Shown here: positions 27,707 to 32,820 of the stretch, piece by piece
Layout of the letters: each line of letters starts with the position of its first letter
Position numbering within the stretch: the stretch's first letter is position 1
Origin: Candidatus Micrarchaeota archaeon
GTDB taxonomy: Archaea; Micrarchaeota; Micrarchaeia; Norongarragalinales; SBBD01
Direction: 5' to 3'
DNA length: 32,820 nt
Assembly: GCA_043813365.1 (NCBI GenBank)
Contig: JBDRLB010000072.1
Location: forward strand, 1-32,820
Made by a program: the position numbers and the translations under genes
Notes under the pieces: generated by a model
What the model was told of the DNA's origin: nothing
The model's database searches: none
Seen by the model: only the letters and a program-made list of their open reading frames with translations

Positions 27707-28489
27707 CTATCCCTCGCGGATTTCCTTAAGCCTCTTCTCCATGCCCTCCTTGAGCTTTTCAGCTATGAAATGATGTGAGTAGTAATCCGCTTTCGCAGCA
27801 ATTGCTAGTTTGGTTGCAAGCGCACGTGCGACCTTGCCCCTTTGCTTCAGGGGGGCGGTGCTGATCAGGGGAGACTGGAAAATCACGCCGTGCTTCGGGG
27901 GCTTGGTGCCCATGCGGAGGTGCTTGAAAAGCGCCTTCTCCGCCCCAATGACCTGGAGGGTGGAGGCTGGCATCTTAGCGAGGTTCTGCAAACTTCCTGC
28001 TGTTGAGACAAGCCGGGCTGCAACAACCGCATCAGTCAAGTAAGCAAGGTTGCGGAATGCCTTATTGCCTTCCTTCTCAATGTAGGAGGTGATTTCCTTT
28101 CTGAGAAGGAAAAGTTCGAGCAGCCTTTTTGCGTAAATTGAGATGATCTTCGAATCCTCGTCATCGAAAGGTGCGCCCATGCTTCCATTTGAGAAGGAAA
28201 TGATTTTTTCAGTCCGATCCGCCCCCAAAAGCTCCGAAATCCTCTCTTTGGAGATTTTTTCCTTGCTTCCTGCAATTTCAAGGAATTTCAGGTAGAGCTC
28301 CTCATTCTGTATCTCCAATTCTGGAAAATTCAGCTTGGACCATTCGGTGAGCCTTTCAAAGAGCAGCGCCTTCGCCTTGTCGATGTCGTCCAGCGAGCGT
28401 ATTGCCTGTATGAGCAGCAAATCCTTGCGCGTGAGCTCCTCCCTCACATGCTCCTTGGCCTTGCTGATGAACTGTTCGCGCTTGTCCAT
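27707..28489 (-). CDS. nop5: Nop5/Nop56-family C/D-box RNP protein, short form
   Basis: D.LLIQAI..LDDID, ERLTEW...FPE, LAKMPASTLQVIGAEKALF and PKHGVIF motifs. Confidence 0.93.
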   Translation of the reverse strand: MDKREQFISKAKEHVREELTRKDLLLIQAIRSLDDIDKAKALLFERLTEWSKLNFPELEIQNEELYLKFLEIAGSKEKISKERISELLGADRTEKIISFSNGSMGAPFDDEDSKIISIYAKRLLELFLLRKEITSYIEKEGNKAFRNLAYLTDAVVAARLVSTAGSLQNLAKMPASTLQVIGAEKALFKHLRMGTKPPKHGVIFQSPLISTAPLKQRGKVARALATKLAIAAKADYYSHHFIAEKLKEGMEKRLKEIREG

Positions 28490-28529
28490 AAAAATTACCC
28501 CACAAATTGTATTGCAACAAATTTTCTTA

Positions 28530-29750
28530 TCATATGAAATTGAGCATGTGGTCGCAGAAATGCTTTGCAACCGTGCCGCTCTTGTCCTTCTGCTTGGAAA
28601 CTACCAAACTAACGCGTTGTCCTTTTATATAATCGTCCTTGAGCTTCACAACCAGCTCAATTGGCATTTCAGGAAGGTTGCGCAGCTGCAGTATTTCCAG
28701 CGCCTGCCTTCCCTGGAACTTCACGGGGACGTTAATCTCATCATGTATGTCCGCCTCCACAAACAATTCGGAGCCCTTCATTTCCGCCTTGTTGATCTTC
28801 GAGAGCGTGGCCTTTACAATGCCCTTGCCGCCAGCTTTGAGGTCGAGGATGCGCATAGTCGGCAAACTCTCCCGGAGCATTTCCTCCTCCTTCTTCAGGC
28901 CGTGGTCCTTCGGGTTGATGATGAGATGCGATGACCAGTTGAGATGGAGCTCGAAACCTGCCATTGATTTCTTCACAACGGCATTCTCGGCTTTCACCGC
29001 GTCCCCGATGCGCAGGTTCCTTGAGCCCCAATCCGCGTAATAATCCCATAAAACCATCGGATAGGAAACGTTCTGAATATCCGTCACGAGCACATTGAGC
29101 ACCTTCCCTATGCGCTTTTCCCTCTGGAATTCGCGGAGTTCTGAAAGCTGGATGACCCGGCCGTAAAAATCAACCGTTTCGGCTTCCTTTAAGGAATCGA
29201 ACCTGCCTATTTTTGCAGGCTGCTGGGGAAGCGGCCTGGAAAGGGAGGAGGAGAGGAAGTCATTGGGCCTTATCAGTGTAAGCTCGGTCAGCAAGGTGGA
29301 GTGCATTTCAAGCGGGTTGAAGGATTTCACCTGGGCGCCGACAACAAACAGCACATCGTCGCGTTCAAGCCCGCCCTTTTCCATCCATTGCACGTCCTCA
29401 TCCCAAAGCACGAGCAACGCCCTTCCGGTATTATCCGCAACCTCCACATTGCACACCTTGCCCCTCTTGCGCTCGGTCTCGAAATATTTCGGCGAGTTTA
29501 TGTTCATCACGCGGGCTATGCAATTTGCCTCAGCAGGTTTTTGGAGCTGGATGTCCGAGAGCGGCATGTAAGCAGCGGGCTCCTCTTCCCGGGTAGGAAT
29601 GCCCAGTTCCTTGGCAATCAGCTTTGCTGCAGACTCCTCATCAATAAGCTCCTCGTATTCCTTCTGCTTCATCCTGATGTTGTGAAGCACTTCCTCCCCC
29701 GGAAGCTGCGTCTGTTCTATGATCTTTGCGATAATTTCCTGCAGCTCCAT
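28530..29750 (-). CDS. Replication protein A-like OB-fold ssDNA-binding protein
   Basis: N-terminal I.EESAAKLIAKELG and repeated OB folds (GKV.NV.V.D...LVLWD). The longer ORF call runs over the tRNA, so the start is set at MELQE. Confidence 0.85.
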   Translation of the reverse strand: MELQEIIAKIIEQTQLPGEEVLHNIRMKQKEYEELIDEESAAKLIAKELGIPTREEEPAAYMPLSDIQLQKPAEANCIARVMNINSPKYFETERKRGKVCNVEVADNTGRALLVLWDEDVQWMEKGGLERDDVLFVVGAQVKSFNPLEMHSTLLTELTLIRPNDFLSSSLSRPLPQQPAKIGRFDSLKEAETVDFYGRVIQLSELREFQREKRIGKVLNVLVTDIQNVSYPMVLWDYYADWGSRNLRIGDAVKAENAVVKKSMAGFELHLNWSSHLIINPKDHGLKKEEEMLRESLPTMRILDLKAGGKGIVKATLSKINKAEMKGSELFVEADIHDEINVPVKFQGRQALEILQLRNLPEMPIELVVKLKDDYIKGQRVSLVVSKQKDKSGTVAKHFCDHMLNFI

Positions 29751-29816
29751 GTGTACCACTGCCTTGCCCCCTTCTTTCGAAAAGAAGGTGGCGATGGCTC
29801 CGCCGCCAAGAAACGA

Positions 29817-29836
29817 GTTTGATTTGCAAATCAAAC
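29817..29836. repeat. Perfect 20-bp palindrome in the tRNA-RPA spacer
   Basis: GTTTGATTTG|CAAATCAAAC. Confidence 0.85.
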
Positions 29837-29888
29837 AGAGGGGAGCGAAAACTTTTTTCAAGGGGGGATGTGCCCCCCGACGAAAAGA

Positions 29889-29993
29889 TGGGGATGCCGA
29901 GATTTGAACTCGGATCAACAGCTTTTCCTGCCCGCCTTGCTTTGCAAGGCAAGCGCCCGAAGCTGCCAGCATACCAGGTTGGCCCACATCCCC
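29889..29993 (-). tRNA. tRNA-Pro(CGG) with a 32-nt intron at 37/38 (intron 29924-29955)
   Basis: Acceptor stem GGGGATG/CATCCCC-A, anticodon arm GCAGC-TTCGGG^A-GCTGT, T arm CCGAG-TTCAAAT-CTCGG. The intron forms an 11-bp hairpin. CCA is not encoded. Confidence 0.93.
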
Positions 29994-30154
29994 GAAAGAT
30001 GAGAAGTAGTTATTGATAGATTACGAATTATAAGCATATCTTTGGACCATTCGGCTGCTAGTGGGGAAACGGATGGGCCCATATTGGAGGGTGCAATGAG
30101 GTCAGCAGTCTTTATGGAAACGCCAACTAAGTTGCCTTAAACGCAACTTTCCTG

Positions 30155-30170
30155 CGAAAAGCTTATATAT
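30155..30170 (+). promoter_or_regulatory. BRE-TATA promoter candidate
   Basis: CGAAAAGCTTATATAT upstream of the ORF at 30261. Confidence 0.55.
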
Positions 30171-30260
30171 GACCTCTGATTTACCAATTTGGAAAGTTTT
30201 TTTACGCAGATTCCGCAAAATTGCTGCGTTTTCCGTACCCACCCAACAGAGCGTGATGCA

Positions 30261-30860
30261 ATGAATAGTAGATTTTGGCTATTGGTAGTATTACTGGTAG
30301 CAATCGGTTTTGTGAATTTGGTAACGTCCTCAGTATACCTGTCAGGCAATCAGGACGTTGCAGTCCCAGCGGATAACGGCACCTCGAGCAATACTAACAT
30401 ATCTGCAAGGATGCAGCAATATGTAGGCTTCTTCGGAGAGATCAATGCGACAATCATTTTGGGATTCGCAAATAACAACACGAGGATTTACCAGAAACCA
30501 GTGACTTCTGGAAAAATATTCTTCGTAAAAGTCGGAGCGGCACTGACGGGAGCCATCCAAGCAGCGGATGCAGACACGGATACGGATGCGAACTTTTCCT
30601 TGACGGGCTACTACATAACAGCCAACCACTTCACACTCAGCTCCACAGTGGCGGGAGTTGCTTCCGTAAACCACTTGAATACTACGGACAACTTCATGGT
30701 CGGCATCTTCAAGGACTCTGCAGCAGCCCCGAACTATTTCGTGGGAACTGACATCCGATCCATTACATCAGCTAACGGCATGGGCGATGTGTCGTACGAA
30801 GTGATTGTGCCGAAAACCGGAACGTACACGGCGTATGATGTCTTCATCGACCTCGAATAA
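30261..30860 (+). CDS. Secreted or cell-surface beta-rich protein
   Basis: Signal peptide MNSRFWLLVVLLVAIG; Thr/Ala/Asn-rich with several NxS/T sequons. Confidence 0.75.
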   Translation: MNSRFWLLVVLLVAIGFVNLVTSSVYLSGNQDVAVPADNGTSSNTNISARMQQYVGFFGEINATIILGFANNNTRIYQKPVTSGKIFFVKVGAALTGAIQAADADTDTDANFSLTGYYITANHFTLSSTVAGVASVNHLNTTDNFMVGIFKDSAAAPNYFVGTDIRSITSANGMGDVSYEVIVPKTGTYTAYDVFIDLE

Positions 30861-30875
30861 GCATCTGAATAAAGA

Positions 30876-30907
30876 CCGGGCAATGCGCCCGGCTTGTTCT
30901 TTTTTTT
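30876..30907 (+). terminator. Hairpin plus T-tract terminator
   Basis: CCGGGC-AATGC-GCCCGG followed by CTTGTTCTTTTTTTT. Confidence 0.55.
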
Positions 30908-30919
30908 AAAGGTGTTGGA

Positions 30920-31396
30920 ATGGATGAGACAGATATCAAACTACTGAAATTGCTGCAGGCGAATTCAAGGCAGAAGCTGCAAGCGCTTGCTAAAGAGTTA
31001 GGAGTGAGCGAGGGAACCGTAAGGAACCGCATAGCAAAGCTGGAGGAAGAGAAAGCCATACTCCAATACACCGCGCTGGTGGATCCGAAGAAGCTGGGAT
31101 ACAATGCGGTTGCATACGTGGGTGTGAGCGTGGAGCCGTTGAAGTTCCTTTCTGTTTTGGAGGAGCTTTCACGGGTAGAGGATATCCATTCGCTTTCCAC
31201 ATGCACAGGGGAGCACACCATCATTTTTGAGGTGTGGAAGAAGGATGCGGAGGAGATCACCAAATTCATGGAAGAGAAAATCTCCAAAATCGGCGGGATC
31301 TCAAAACTCTCCCCAAATATAGTTGTTGAGCAATTACGGCCGGGAAGGAAAGCGGTTGTGCCCGGAGGCTTCCAGACAACACTGGCGCTTACTTAA
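30920..31396 (+). CDS. Lrp/AsnC family transcriptional regulator
   Basis: MDETDIKLL..LQANSR..LAKELGVSEGTVRNRI, VDPKKLG and TGEH motifs. Confidence 0.94.
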   Translation: MDETDIKLLKLLQANSRQKLQALAKELGVSEGTVRNRIAKLEEEKAILQYTALVDPKKLGYNAVAYVGVSVEPLKFLSVLEELSRVEDIHSLSTCTGEHTIIFEVWKKDAEEITKFMEEKISKIGGISKLSPNIVVEQLRPGRKAVVPGGFQTTLALT

Positions 31397-31787
31397 GCAT
31401 GCCCAGTGGAACGTTCGCGGCATCACGGCGGACATGCACGTGGCGGCTGCTCCGGGGGGGTAGGAGTTTGCCGCTTTGTGCAGCTTTTAGCACCTCCCCT
31501 TTGCTAATTTTCTTATTTTTCCTCCTTGAGAATACAACAACCTCCTCATTATTGTAATCAACCAGATTCGCAGGCACCCTGGAAAAGCCCAGTTCCCTCA
31601 AGCTTTCCACCCTATGATGGCCGTCGAGGATGGTGAGGCTGTTTCCATCAACCAAAATGGGGTTGCGCACCAGACCGTCCTTCGATATGGCTCCTCGTAC
31701 CGATGCAAGTCGTTTAGGATCGGTTTTTTCATGGGGCTTCAGGGAACTTATTTCCAGGAGCTTCACATCAATGCGCCCCTTTTTCAA
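31389..31787 (-). CDS. ParB/Srx-domain protein, minimal SerK-like
   Basis: LKPHE, NPILVD, ILDGHHR and LLPPRSSRH motifs; TTG start 18 nt after the trpB2 stop. Confidence 0.8.
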   Translation of the reverse strand: MKKGRIDVKLLEISSLKPHEKTDPKRLASVRGAISKDGLVRNPILVDGNSLTILDGHHRVESLRELGFSRVPANLVDYNNEEVVVFSRRKNKKISKGEVLKAAQSGKLLPPRSSRHVHVRRDAANVPLGMLK

Positions 31788-31805
31788 TGAATAGATTTTT
31801 GAAAT

Positions 31806-32819
31806 TCATGTTATTTTGCCCTGCAGGTATTGCTCATAGCCGTTGAGGTCGAGAAGCCCGTGGCCGGAGAGGTTGAATACTATTGTTTTTCTCTCCGAAT
31901 TGCGCTTCGCTTCCAACGCCTCATCAATCGCAACCCGGATGGCATGGGAGGATTCGGGTGCTGGCACAATTCCTTCGGTGCTGGAGAAAATTTGTGCTGC
32001 CTCGAAAACCGCCTTCTGCTCTACTGCTTTTGCCTCAATTAAATCCGCATCCTTCAACGCGGAAACAAGCGGCGCCATTCCATGGTAACGCAGCCCGCCC
32101 GCATGTATTTTCGGAGGGATGAATTCATGCCCGAGCGTATGCATCTTGAGGAGGGGAGTCATGCCCGCAGTATCGCCAAAATCATATTCATACTTCCCTT
32201 TAGTGAGCGATGGTGTTGCGGTGGGCTCAACTGCTATGAACCGCGCATCCAACTTTCCCTTTATTTTCTGTTCCATGTAAGGGAATGCAAACCCCCCGAA
32301 ATTGCTACCTCCGCCAACGCACCCTAAGAGCACATCGGGTGATTCGTCAAGAAGCTGCATTTGAAGCATCAGCTCCTGACCGATTATGGTCTGGTGCATC
32401 AGAACATGGTTGAGCACGGAACCGAGGGAATATTTCGTATTCCTTGATGTGACCGTTGTTTCAATTGCCTCCGAAATAGCAATTCCCAAACTGCCGGGAT
32501 GGTCCGGATCCTGGGAAAGGAATTTCCTTCCAGCATTTGTCAATTTGCTTGGGGAGGGGGTTACTTCAGCACCGTAGAGGTTCATCAGCGTTTTCCGATG
32601 GGGCTTCTGGTCATAGCTTACACGCACCATGAACACCTTACATTTCAGGCCGAACATCATCGTCGCATAGGCAAGCGCTGTTCCCCATTGGCCCGCGCCT
32701 GTTTCCGTAGCAAGTGCCTCCACCCCTTCCTTCATCGAATAATATGCCTGCGCAATAGCCGTATTCGGCTTGTGTGAGCCGCAGGGATTGACGTCCTCCC
32801 TTTTGTAATAGATCCGTGC
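31806..32819 (-). CDS. trpB2: Tryptophan synthase beta chain, TrpB2 type (5' partial)
   Basis: GSHKPN (PLP lysine, read upstream of the ORF call), [33 protein letters not shown] and NLSGHG motifs. Confidence 0.96.
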   Translation of the reverse strand, partial: ARIYYKREDVNPCGSHKPNTAIAQAYYSMKEGVEALATETGAGQWGTALAYATMMFGLKCKVFMVRVSYDQKPHRKTLMNLYGAEVTPSPSKLTNAGRKFLSQDPDHPGSLGIAISEAIETTVTSRNTKYSLGSVLNHVLMHQTIIGQELMLQMQLLDESPDVLLGCVGGGSNFGGFAFPYMEQKIKGKLDARFIAVEPTATPSLTKGKYEYDFGDTAGMTPLLKMHTLGHEFIPPKIHAGGLRYHGMAPLVSALKDADLIEAKAVEQKAVFEAAQIFSSTEGIVPAPESSHAIRVAIDEALEAKRNSERKTIVFNLSGHGLLDLNGYEQYLQGKIT

Positions 32820-32820
32820 G

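Noticed and set aside
29751..29987. 78-aa N-terminal extension of RPA in the ORF track
   Set aside because: It overlaps tRNA-Pro and the hairpin spacer. The recognisable protein starts at ATG 29750.
29881..30001. CGAAA(A)GATG on both sides of the tRNA as an att site or target duplication
   Set aside because: Only 9-10 nt, imperfect, and with no integrase or duplicated tRNA 3' end in the window.

Overview
Archaeal chromosomal segment. Archaeal markers include uL16/L10e, aEF-1beta, Nop5, Nep1, RPA, translin and an intron-containing tRNA-Pro. The gene mix suggests a DPANN lineage such as Micrarchaeota, which is inference. The backbone is housekeeping: Sec11 signal peptidase, rpe, pyrF, glmS/glmU, malic enzyme, nadE, PiT/DUF47, Ogg1, a thiamine-type ABC transporter, pyrH and trpB2, plus a large FN3/Ig surface protein. 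The most unusual signal is a 48-bp GTAG-led hairpin element present in two copies (8567-8614 minus; 12632-12679 plus). The copies differ at 10 positions, and all 10 are compensatory base-pair changes. One copy is read in frame as the N-terminus of GlmU. The other lies between a gene's 3' end and a 50-bp duplicate of that end that carries only synonymous changes, directly ahead of an orphan gene. Six orphan ORFs, several with GNAT-, ART-, kinase- or TraB/TIKI-like motifs, sit singly behind conserved genes like cassettes. Also notable are a radical-SAM activase homolog lacking all three cluster cysteines, and a minimal SerK-like ParB protein next to TrpB2. No CRISPR array, integrase or transposase was recognised.
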